Origin: Moniliella sp. 'wahieum'
Lineage: Eukaryota
Direction: 5' to 3'
DNA: 64,000 nt
NCBI GenBank assembly: GCA_003971905.1
Contig: RSEE01000071.1
Location: 62,001-126,000 of the forward strand
In this document: in pieces, positions 12,881-24,674 of the stretch
Numbering within the stretch: the stretch's first letter is position 1
Layout: each line of letters opens with the position of its first letter
Notes under the pieces: model-generated
The model's database searches: none
What the model was told of the DNA's origin: nothing
The model's input: only the letters and a program-made list of their open reading frames with translations
Position numbers and translations under genes: made by a program

Positions 12881-13825
12881 GATGAAGATGAGGACGAAGA
12901 GCCTCAGGTGGAGGAGGGTGAAGAGGATCCTTTCCTCAGCAGACGCCACCTTCTCGCCTATTCAAAGGCACTCTAGTAGAAAGGCGACCAGAGTGAAAAT
13001 CAGTGTGGGGAGAGGTTGACCGATAAGCAAAATAACAGGGGGTAAGCAACAGGTTGACCGATAATAAGGATCACAACAGAGAGCTAATAGCAAGCCGTAG
13101 TTGTAGACCGTCGGGCTGATTATATACATAAGAGTCTGATCGCCCCATAACAACATTTCCAAAGTGTTCACTTGCACATCAACTTCCCGAACACTTCCTT
13201 GGCCTCTCTCGTTCCCGAAAAGTCTCTCAAAATGTGGAGGTTCATTATATCCATCTCGGGTCCGTCGAAGCCCCTGCATGGTTCCATGTCCCGGGGAAGT
13301 CCTTATGCCTGTGGCCGTCTGGCCTCACCGCGTTTCCTTCTCCTTTCCCCAACAAAATTAGGCCGGGTTTCATTTAGAACACGTGGGTTTCCAGAATGAC
13401 GAAGAGGGGATAAAGCTTGAGGCCTGAAGATCGACTCGCGCACTGTGCCTCACGGTCACAATTTCGTAAATTTTTATAGAAGAGCTCTCGAGATGTCGTT
13501 GGCAGTAGACAGAGAGAGAGAATGAAAAACGCGCCGCATACGCACTGTTAAACGTATAGCTGTATGCTCACTGGCGTTTACGGCGGATCTTACTGTTCGT
13601 CGTTCCTGCATCCTGAGAGCACAAAGCCGACATTAGTAGGCAAACCAAAACCAAAAACAGCTCACACACCGAAGTGGAAATGGAAAAATATCATGACAGT
13701 TCTTCTCATCGTACTACCTCTCGGTCGTCTCTCTGTGTGCCCACGGCCGTCCCAGACACTGCTCCCCCAAACGCAGAGAGAATCACAGCGCATGATGCAT
13801 GATGCATGATGCACCATGCTGGCAT

Positions 13826-13900
13826 TGGACGTGGGGCGTTGGACGTGGGACGTTGGACACGGGACGTTGGACACGGGACGTTGGAAGGGGTTTTGGACGT
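13826..13900. repeat. 14-bp tandem repeat (TTGGACRYGGGRCG)
   Basis: Four or five adjacent units are visible. Confidence 0.8.
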
Positions 13901-16900
13901 TGCGTTTTCGTGTGGACGTAGTTGAATAGTACGTTGAATGTTATTGAGAACGTAGTGGCATGTCGGAACGTGGGTATGTGACACCATCATATCTTGGTGG
14001 AAATTATGTTTGGGAGTGTGCAGACAGAGAGAGAAAGGCGTCTACAATACCGCGAATGATAATCGACAGTGTCGATAACGCAAATGATGTGCTCGCGTAT
14101 GTGATGGTTGCCATGGCAGTAGAGTGTTGTGGCCACTTGAGTTACTATACTAGTGAAGCGAGTGACTAATGACATGTGACAGTAATAAGTAGCAGTCCCT
14201 GTGGTCACGCGGTCACGAGGGTCACCTCCGGCGGTCATCCCGGTCACAGATTGTATAATTGCAAGCCTCTCCTTTTGTCCTTTTGTCATTATGCTTATGC
14301 GGAGGCTATCACTTACAGGAAGTAAGTAGTTGCCTTCACTCTGTCTCTCAGCAAACTCGCTCATCGCTCACACTACTCTCAGTGCCTCAGGCCTCAGAGA
14401 GAAGCGCATGAGCCGTTGAACCTCTCAATTTATAACCACTTTTTGCTTTTGATACAGTCGATCAGACGCAGGTAAAGGCGGTTTGCCCAAGCTGTACCTG
14501 GATCATTAAGATCATTCTCGTATAGAGGTAATCATTCCACAACAGCAAAACCTTTTCGTCAAAAAAGAATATATTCCTTTCCTGCTTCTGACTCCCGTGC
14601 TTTCCTGCTATTCACAATAACGGAACGGCGTAGTGCTACGCCGCACTGCATATGATGGAATGTTAATCTCTGAGATGTTGCACGCTGGAGCGGAGGTCTC
14701 TGTTGACGATGAAACGGTGGACGGCGTGGACGACCGGGGAAAGAGACCTACTGTTGTGGAACGATGGACCAAGGGGGTAAGGGGCATATGGATGAACTGT
14801 GGCCGTGTTGGGGAAAACATGGCCGTAGGGGGTCGCCACCAACAAGGGGGAAGGCCGTGGGTCGAAGCCCCAGACCTTCAATACAGACGCACGATAAACA
14901 TCAGGTACGCAGATCGGGCCGTAGTAGGCCCAGCGGTCCTCTCGTTACGCGTTACGCGTGTTAGGTTACTAATAGCCTTTGAGATGCATCCTCACAAAAA
15001 GTACATATATAATGAAACCTGTGAAGCTTGGCGTCGCTATGCGCTTATGCATTGCAACGCTCAGAGAGACTCGTCGAGTGTAGCCCCCAAATATATAGGT
15101 ACACGGCTGCCAAGCCTGCGAAGCGCATGGACATATGGGATCCTCCTCCTTGCCAAGGCGATTACGTTCCTTCTCGCCATTCCGTTCCTCTTCCGCGCGC
15201 CATCATTTTTATTGCATCATCGATATATCATCTCAAGGATGATCGACCACCTCGATCATCGATCATTGATCATTGATCATCTCTCTTGACCATATGGCTT
15301 TTGCGTTCTCTCTCTCGTAGATCTTAGTACACTTCGTATACTTCTTGTCCTCAAGTGCCTGATACTTCCCATGGTCGTGATTAAGAAAAAACCGCTTGTG
15401 GGGTAATATATACGACGGTGCCGGCGACCCGCATGACCACGGTTGACATATGAGACAGAAGAGGTGTTAGTACATGTTATACTACAGGTGTGCCACAACT
15501 TGATACGGCCCCAGAGTGCCCCAGAGCTCTCAATCGCGGCCTCGAAAGCTGCACTGTGTCGTTCATCTCCATTCTGCATATATTTTCCGGCACACCCCAC
15601 AGTGTAGCGGCGTTGTCCAAGGAGAGTGTTTTCCACAGAGAATGGCTGCCTCTCTTCTGTGAGTGGCATTTTTGCCAGCGAGAGATGTTGCAGTACAGTA
15701 CATGTGTGTACTATCACAGCAATAATTTCATCTGTGTGCGATATAGTTTTCGTGCCTGAGCCATTAAGCTAGCCGCATGCCCCATCAATACAGTTTCCAT
15801 GCATTAAAATGCTTGAATAGCTTGAGCTTGAGATGTGTGGCAACATCAACAGTAATGGCGTGTAACATGTGACAGTTAGTACAGAGAACTCAGAGGTGGA
15901 GAGCCTATGGGGTGGTCGACTGTGTTTCCATCGTCTCGGCATATCTTTTTTCTGGCAAATAAACACAGGTTTTATGTGTATGACGGGTTTTACTCCTGGA
16001 GCACTCTTATTAGTATTGAGACGGAAGCATTCTTAATCGGGAGGGAGATTGCTGTGGTAAAAGGGACGGCGCATGGATGATAGATGTGATAGATGTCGAT
16101 GATGAGAGATATGGTGCTGTCACATAGGCCACACATCACTGATATCAGTCGAACGCGGTTTCTCACTACAAACATCCCATCCTTACTCGTTAATGAGATC
16201 TGCCAGATAAAAAGATAAGCCACCATACCACGTGAAGACAGCGAGCAGGTTTCTCTATGCACAGTACTGTTGATGGTGTTGTAATTGAGTCCAAATATGT
16301 ATAGCACTCACACCTTGCCTCGCTCCCCCCTCCCCCCGTTGAACGTGCTACGTGCCTCAGGCCCCGTCAGGCGTCAGGGCCTCAGGCGTCAAACCACCTC
16401 AACATTCATCATCGATAATCGGCTGTCCTTAATGCCCAAATCCAACCCTGCCGAAATCGTGTTGCAGCGCCCAGTCCCACCCCGTAAACTATATACGCTA
16501 TCGCGTTAAACCCACGCGTATAGTTGACGTGTTGGGATTTCCCAACATGCTGGCCGCGTTGACGGAGCGCTGACCCGAGAGAGAGAGTACAGAGACTCCA
16601 CCGGGAAACGCCACCTTTTTCGATCTCGATCCATAGTATTAAACGGGTGCATGGAATCTTCATACACCCTCAAACAGTGTTTTTTGGGGCACATCGTTTC
16701 TGTCTGCCGTTTTGTGTGGGCGCCACGCACGAGCTCGCTATAGTCGCGTGTAGTGTGGTCATCATATCCAGCTAGGAGCGTAGCCTCTCCGCGCTGATAT
16801 GTATAATCGCTCATAGGGTAGCATGTAACATGAACACAGAAGAGACGCGCTGACGCCACTGACCGTGCTGACGGTTTTTTTTGGGGTTGAATGATTTCTT

Positions 16901-18195
16901 ACGGGGTGAGGGTTGCAGGATAACACTGACTAGTACGAGTATAGACAGTGCAGACCGTTGTGCTGTTGGTACATAGTATTTGTTCGGCTGTTGAACGTTG
17001 ACCATCATGAGTTAACCACAACAGCATGCGGGGTCGTTTTATCATCTAAAAGGCCAAGCCGGCTTGAACGGCTGTCGACAGCCGCCTCTGCCTACCCCCT
17101 CAGGTCAGAGACATTATGCACGTGTATACAGAAGGTGGCAACATTAGGGGTTAAATACCATGGCCGTGGTGCCGGTTGATCACGCTGATCGGTACGTTGA
17201 TCCTAATGACTAACGTGCTCATTAACGCGTAACACGTCAATAAACTTCTTTCTTCGGCTCATCGCGTTCTTTGAGGGTTGTCGAGTTATCTAGTTATCGA
17301 AGTTATCTCGATCCCGTATCGATGATGTATCATTGGTCCTCGACTGGACCATTAATCGGTATCTAGTAACCGGCAACACTTGATTACCGTCTCTGCACAA
17401 CGCGCTGAGGCTGAGCTCAGCGCTCAGCACTCAGCCGATCGATGATCGGTGGTCGGCATCTCGTCTGTAAAATCGCCGAGAACACGGCGGAACGAAACAG
17501 ATTGTTCCTAGCTGGGTGAGTGAGACACGTACTCGGCTGGGCCAGCGCTCACCCATCCTGGCTCCGCTCGATAGGGTGACAGCGAGTATCCGTGTGGTCT
17601 CCATATGATATGCTGATGGGGCGTCTGGCCCACCATGGACCAGCCCGGGTAAATGTACGTTGCACGTATACTTCCACCCTAGATCTTACATATCATATGT
17701 CACAATGGATGCTACAGGGAGAGAGCTTTCGATTCCCACACAGGTGTCTACAGACACCGAAGCACGGTATGCTATCGAGTGCTCGCGCAACTCATCAACA
17801 GTAGTGCATGTGGAGAGAAGTGACAGTAACTCTGCACATGCACTAGTAACTTAGTAAATAGTAACCGCCGGGTCTAGATTGTGGACTCGGCGAGCCCATG
17901 TTCGCACATGGTCCACATGAACGTCACGTTGAGAGCGTGATGGGAGCTTGAAGGAGGAATATACAGTACCGCATCAGTCTTTTTCTGATCCAATACAGAC
18001 AATCACCAGCCTCTTGTGGAGCTTGTGGTGTATACTATGTTGAGTACCATTGAAGCTGGACACGATTCTGCATTTGCCGGGGCAAAGCGTGAATATCCAA
18101 TTGTATATAATTCAACCGTATCTGCGTCGTTGGGCCTCGGCTAGGTAACAACAGCAACCGCTTCGCTCTCCCGCACCTTCCCTTTCTTTCCTACC

Positions 18196-20899
18196 ATGGC
18201 CTCGCCCTACGAGAAGGACGATGCCAAGGACGCCATTGACGGCCCGGCGGTGCCTGACCTCGCCTCGCAGCCTCAATACGTGCTTGATCATGAGGCTGCG
18301 TTTGGCAACATTGAGGACAACATTCGCCACGAGATTACCGACCATCGTATCAACGACCCCAATCTCGACCCCGACCGCTTTGCTACGCGAGGCAGACCAA
18401 GCCTTGACAAAGGGCGATGAGAAAGCTGAGCTTCGCCTTGAGGATGTAATTGAGGATGACTCGATCTATCCTGAGGTCCGCGCAGCTGTCAGCAACATCG
18501 ATGACCCCAACATGAGGGCCAATACTTTCCGCGCCTGGTCCATGGGTATGGTTGCCTGCACCGTTCTCAGTGGTATCAACATGTACTTTGCCCTCAGGTA
18601 TGTCTTTTTCGCCCAACGATGCTAAAGCAGCAACTGACTTCCGTGGTAATGGTCAGTGGCCTACAGTTACCTTCCCTTCGATTGCGGTCCAGCTGTTCGC
18701 ATACCCGATTGGTGTCGCGATGTCTAAGATCCCTTACCCTCGCCACTGGCCTCTCGCGGAATGGATGAACCCGGGACCGTTCAATATCAAGGAACACTCT
18801 ATGATCTCCATCATGTCCACCGTTGGTGTCGGGTCTGCCTACTCGACGGACATTTTCATCACGCAGCACGCGTACTATCGCCAGCACCTTACCGCTGGCT
18901 ACATGATCCTTCTCACACTCTCGACACAACTCATTGGGTTCTCCTTTGCCGGTTTCTGTCGCCAAATTCTGGTCTGGCCCGCCTCAATGATCTGGCCTAG
19001 CAACCTGACCCAGACGGCTTTCCTGTATTCCATGCACGACGGCAAGAGCCAGGCTCGAAGCTTCCGTGGTTGGTCGCGTTTCAAGATGTTCTCGGTTGTG
19101 GCCTGTGTCATGTTTGTGTGGGAAGTCATCCCCAACTACCTGTTCACTGGCCTGGCCACTTTCTCTTGGCCAGCATGGTGTGCACCCAAGAACAAGGGTG
19201 TCAACCTCGTGTTTGGCGGCACTGGCGGCATTGGCTTCAACTTCATCTCGCTGGATTGGCTCACCATCACCTCAGGGTTGGGCTCGCCGATTTATCAACC
19301 GTGGTTCGCTATCGTAAACACCTTCTGTGGCTACCTGATCATCATTTGCTTTGTGGCACCAATCATGTGGGCGACCAACACCAAGTACACGGGTTACTTC
19401 ACTTTCAGCAGTTCGGGCTTGTACGACCGCTTTGGCCAGCCCTATCAGGTCAGCTACGTGGTGAACGATCGCTTTGAGTTGGACCAGGCCATGTACGACT
19501 CTTACTCGAAAGAGTATCTGTCGGCCACCTTTATTATCAGTTACTGTGTTGGCTTTGGTGCCATTACTAGGTACGTGCTATACGTCCTTTCGTTCCTGGT
19601 TGCGCTACGAAAATTGCCACTGACCTTTATTCTTGTTCTTGTGGCGCACATCAGCACGCTTGTCCACTGTGGTTTGTACTACTGGAAGGACATTCTGCAG
19701 CAAGTCAAGCGTTCGCTCAACGAGGAACCTGACATTCACGCTCGTCTCATGTCGCGTTACGCCGAGGTTCCGTACTACTGGTACGGCCTCACTTTCCTCA
19801 TCTCGTTCGCCCTGGCTGTCCCATCCGTTTACGTGTACCATACCGACCTCCCCATCTGGCTACTGATCATTGCCATCTTGATGAGCGCCGTCTACACCAT
19901 CCCCATTGGAATCATTACTGCTGTGACCTCCAACGAAGTGGGTCTCAACGTGATCGCTGAAATGATTGTGGGTTATGCTCTGCCAGGCAAGCCCGTGGCC
20001 ATGATGATCTTCAAGACCTTTGGCTACATCTCCATGGCCCAGGCCGTCTCCTTTGTCAGTGATCTGAAGTTGGGTCATTACATGAAAGTGCCTCCCCGTG
20101 ACATGTTCTGGGCTCAGATGGTCTCCACCTTCTGGGCATGTCTCGTGCAAGTCGCCGTCACTGCCTTCCTCTTTGGCTCGACCCGCAACTTGTGCAAGGC
20201 CAACCCGGATGAGAAAGTCAGCCCTGCGCACTTTACCTGCGCTACTCACACACCTTCTACTCTGGTACGTTTCTCTCTCTTTTTCAAACTACCACATCTA
20301 AGAAAGTTGTTTCGCTGACCTTGACGAATCTTTTTGTTGTTCACAGCGAGTATCATGGGGTCTCATTGGCCCTGCCCGCACGTTTGCCGTGGGTGAGACA
20401 TACGGTGCGTTGAACATCATGTTCTTGATTGGTGCTTTGATCCCAATCCCCATGGCTACTGGCCAAGAAGTACCCCAACTCTTGGGTGCGCCTTATCAAC
20501 TGGCCCGTCTTCTTCTCCGCGACGGGTATGATGCCGCCTGCGACGGGGATCAACTTCACCTCCTGGTTTGTTGTTGGCTGGTTCTTCCAGTACTACCTCC
20601 GTCGTCACTACTTTGACTTCTGGACCGACTACAACTACATTATCTCTTCCGGTCTCGATGCTAGTAGCGCCATCATTTCCTTCCTTATCTCGCTCTGCCT
20701 GGAGGTGCCCAACACGAACAAGCTTGCTGTGGACAATGTGTTCAACGGCGAAAACCTCTGGTGGGGCAACAACGTTGAGAACACCAACTTGCAGGGCGCG
20801 TTGAGCTTGACCATGAAGGATGTGCCTGTCAATGGCTTTGCACCCGCGCCCAACGGCCAGTGGCTGCCCAACCCCTTTGCCTCGTCTTCGTCGAGTTAA
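18196..20899 (+). CDS. OPT-family oligopeptide/glutathione transporter, about 3 introns
   Basis: Motifs SIYPEVRAAV, NPGPFNIKEH, WPASMIWP, DIHARLMSRY, KLGHYMKVPPR and WWGNNV. Introns at about 18598-18656, 19571-19653 and 20266-20346. Confidence 0.95.
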
Positions 20900-21667
20900 T
20901 TCCCTTCTGTTTCCCTGGCCCTTTTGGACCGTAGAGATCAGTATGCCACGTGGTCGTGCGCTACGAGTCCTGTCTTCCTCTCTTTTTACATCTGTTGATG
21001 AACCACGTGTTTTTGTTGCCCTTTCTTACATCCAGTGCTATAGCGAGACGCGATAAAAAGGAGGACTACTACTCAGTATGAGGGGGATGGCTGGTCTGTT
21101 TCACTGAACATCTGAATAACATTCCTACAGCAGACTTGAGTGGTATGATAGGCCCGTGACGGTTCATTCGCAGTCAAGGCCCAGATTCTGTTGACAGGAA
21201 ACATGAGGCGCACACATGGTGGACACCACTGCACCGCGGCAATATATTTGGTGTGTGGGAGATATTTGCCTCTTTTGGCTCGGTGATGGAAGTGCAGGTC
21301 ACTCTCGACGGTACGAACGCTGGAAATAGGGTGCGGGCAGTTCATCGTGATGGCCGGTCCTCCTGCATTCGACGTCCATGTGGCATAGTGATCGACATGG
21401 ATGTAGGGAATGACCCCCTCTGAACCATATCTGTGATCCGCGTGAGCTACTACGAACCCCACCCTCCCGCGCACACTTCCTCTCCGCATCTCAATCCGAA
21501 CGCAGCATCACCTCGTTCCCTGCTCAGCATGGACTTGGTTTTTTCCTAAAGAGAGGGAAGGTTGATCTCTTGTCTGCATGTCTTCCGCCGCCGAACCACA
21601 TGTTCTTTCCAGTATGAACTCAACTTCCTCTTCCATTGTAGACAGAGCAAATATACATGCGAATTGT

Positions 21668-22412
21668 TTAGTCCACCTCGTTGACCTTGGCTGCCGCGGG
21701 GGTCTCCTTGGCAGGCTCCTCCTCGTCCGAGTCTTCGGCGCCATCACCCAGGTCAGGCATGCCCTCGGCTCCACCCATGTTCTTGAGCAGCTCTTGGATG
21801 TCCATCCCGCCAAGACCTTGGTCGCCACCGCCCATGGCCACCCAAGCCACCCATGCCGCCCTGCCGCCCATGCCGCCCATGCCACCCATGCCGCCCATAC
21901 CACCCATGCCACCCATCATGGAGGCCATGTCCACTATCAAGTCGAGTCAGTATATTATCCATAGCAAAATAAGGGGGCGAGTAACGTACTGCCAGGGGCA
22001 TGCCCGCAGTCGGGTCCTCCTGCTCCTCGTCCTGCTCATCTTCGTCGACCCACTTGTCAAAGTCGGTCTTGACGTTGTGCAAACGGACCTTGTCCTTGGT
22101 CAGGCGCGGCCAGAATTCTTCCTTGGCCTCCTTCTTGCGGAGCACAACAAACAAGCTCTTGGCACTGAGGTGCACCTTGCTCGCCTCCACGTCGACAGGG
22201 GCAAAGAAGGAGAGGGAGAAGGCGTAGTGCTTCTCCTACACCTTGTCCCGCAGCACGTCGGCCTTGAACTCAAATCCTTCGGGAGTCAGGGCGAAGGTGG
22301 CCTGCCTGGAGGGGTGGCAGGTTGGGTGCGTTGATCGTCAGGTACACCGTTCTTCTCCGCCTCATCGGCCGACGAGCGCTGGCCCACAGAATCTCAGGAG
22401 CACGGTGGCCAT
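21668..22412 (-). CDS. SBA1: Hsp90 co-chaperone p23 (Sba1/Wos2)
   Basis: PEILWAQRS, FWPRLTKDK..VKTDFDKWVDEDEQD and a GGM-repeat acidic tail. One intron at about 21935-21990. Confidence 0.93.
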
Positions 22413-23230
22413 TGTCGGGGATGCGGTATGGATAGGGGGAGGAAAGGTGGTGGCAAGATGCTGTGAACAAGCGGGTGGCGGCAGGGGGGGTAGAAGTACG
22501 CAGCGCACTAGAAGAACACGTTGGCCGGGGCCGGGCGTCGCAGCAGTAACACTGCCCCTGTGCCGAAGGAAGCACCCAGAACCCCGTCGTTTTGAAACGA
22601 ACAGGCCCGCACGTGGCCGAGGGCGGGGGAACCTATTCGGTGAGTCCTAGGGTTGGGCGCGTCGAGTGTATTCTACTGGCTGCTACTTGCTTCATGCCCC
22701 GTATCCCCCGAAGATTAGTTCCCATCCCTACCATCATTGGGCCGATGCCGAGAGCGCATGCTCGTAGACATGCAGCCTGAAGGCTCACCTGAGGCGTGAG
22801 GTATCCATGGCGGGCAGAGCCAGGCGTGTGGGTTGAACACTGGGCAGAGAATCCGAAACGCACCGAAAATGGGACTACGTATTTTTAAACACAAAAATGG
22901 GGTTCCACGCTGTTGGTAAGGCAGCAAACCAGCGCGAAGTACACATGAACACTGTTATCCACTTTCAAGTCGCAAAGAGTGAACAAGAAGCGCTGATAGT
23001 TGCGTACGACATCAATGCGTACATCAGTGGCTCTTGCAGCATAGTAATTGGCGGCTTCCTCTCCAATGCACCCATCGGGCCTATTACGAGCGTACAGTAT
23101 CTGGACCTCTCAGAAGTCTCAAGAAACAAGAGATCAGCGGAAAGAATTGGCTGATTCTAGTGCCTAGGTCCCATAGCGCCCAGTCAGTGGCCATTCATCT
23201 ACTACTTGGCAAGACGCAAAGGGTATGTGT

Positions 23231-23795
23231 TCATTTCTGGATCTCGTGGTCTGCCAGCAACTGGAAAAAACAAAAAAAGTCAGCACGCCCGCCTCTGTCT
23301 CGAGCAAGCATACACGTACCATATTGGGGATTCCATTCATGACGCGGAACACGTGCCCACAATTGGCGCATACCATCTCACCCTCGATGATCTGCATCTC
23401 CATCAGTACATGATGGAGTGCCTTGAGAGTGGGGGCGCCCTCGATCCGAGACGCATCCATCGCCTCAGCCCATAGTTCGTCCTCCTCGGCATCGGGGCTG
23501 GAAGCAACAAGCTGCTCGTGGATTTGTTTCTGCAGTGCTGCAACCGTGTCGGCCTCCTTTTCCAGCTCCTCGTCGCCAGGGGACTGAGCTGGCAGACTCT
23601 CATCACCAAGGGCGCGGGCGGCGCCAACGAGGGCAGGCCAGTCGAGTTTGGGCACGAGCCGCGGAGGAAAGCAGCGTTGAGCGGGGCCTCCTGCACCTCG
23701 AGCTTGATGTTCTGCAGGCCGAGGGGGAAGTTGGCGGAGGTGTTGACGCAGCCACGTGCCTGGCAGGCCAGGAGGTTGTGTGTGAGCAGCCGCAT
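23231..23795 (-). CDS. TRM112: Trm112 methyltransferase activator
   Basis: MRLLTHNLLAC..FPL, LHHVLMEMQIIEGEMVCANCGHVF..GIPNM, then an intron and LLADHEIQK*. Confidence 0.93.
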
Positions 23796-24674
23796 GGCTC
23801 CAGGTGGTAGGGGGGTGGCGAGTGCGAGTGCGGTGGGAGGGAGGCTGGGGAAAAGAAAAATGCAGACAGAGCGGAATGCAGGAGGGATGGGTAGTGATTA
23901 TGATTCCGCCTGCATGTGGCGACTCAAATTTCCAACACGAGGCCCCGGCGCGTCTTGCGGTTGGGAGGCAGCTTGCGGCGGGGCAGCCCGCCTCCATTGC
24001 GTCGGTTGGACTGCGGCCGTGGGCACACTCCAGCACCGCCAGCCGCGCGTGGGGAGTGCTGTCCTGCAGAGCACCGCCTGCTGGACACGACAGAAGTGCC
24101 GCCTCGGCAGAAAAACAATTTGCCATCATGACAACGAAGAGGGCGCACCCGTCCGATACATGTCATCCACAGCAGGCCCTCTCCTGGCGAATGCGGAAGG
24201 AGGCATGGGGGCTGGAGGCCATAGCGTGGGGCAGAGTAGACTGCTGCCGTGCCGGTGGTTCCGGCCTTGCTTTCTTGCCTTGCCTTCGTGCTAGCACTTA
24301 GCCCACGCGCGCTGAGCGAGAGGGATGGCTTGCACGCAAGAACGCGCTTCGAGGGAGGGCGGCTCGCCACCGCATCACGTGATGGTTGGAACGCCGCCAC
24401 TCGGGCGGGTGGTCGTGGTGGAGGCGCGTGCTAGGGTTGGCGTCCTGGCTCAGGGACAGTGCAGCGCATTTGCCCGTGCCCGTCGGGGCTCGCCTGGGCT
24501 CAGGCCGCAGTCACGAACCAGGCGTGCTGTTGGGTGGGTCGTTGCCGCCACCACCACCACCACCTCCTCCTCCTCCACCGCCGCCTCCACCGCCGCCACC
24601 ACTACCACCGCCACCACCGCCTTCCCTCCCCCCTCCCCCCGCCTCCGCCTCCACAGCCCTTCTCCCGCGCCACG

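Noticed and set aside
14633..15289. 218-aa ORF
   Set aside because: Non-ATG start, no recognisable domain, and it runs through intergenic micro-repeats.
5692..15604. CACAGTG/CACTGTG heptamers (5692, 13441, 15598) as Transib or RSS ends
   Set aside because: No extended TIR, nonamer or TSD. A few chance hits are expected in 64 kb.
16507..17154. piggyBac-like TTAA..CCC / GGG..TTAA boundaries
   Set aside because: The inverted repeat does not extend beyond a few bases and no transposase motif is convincing.
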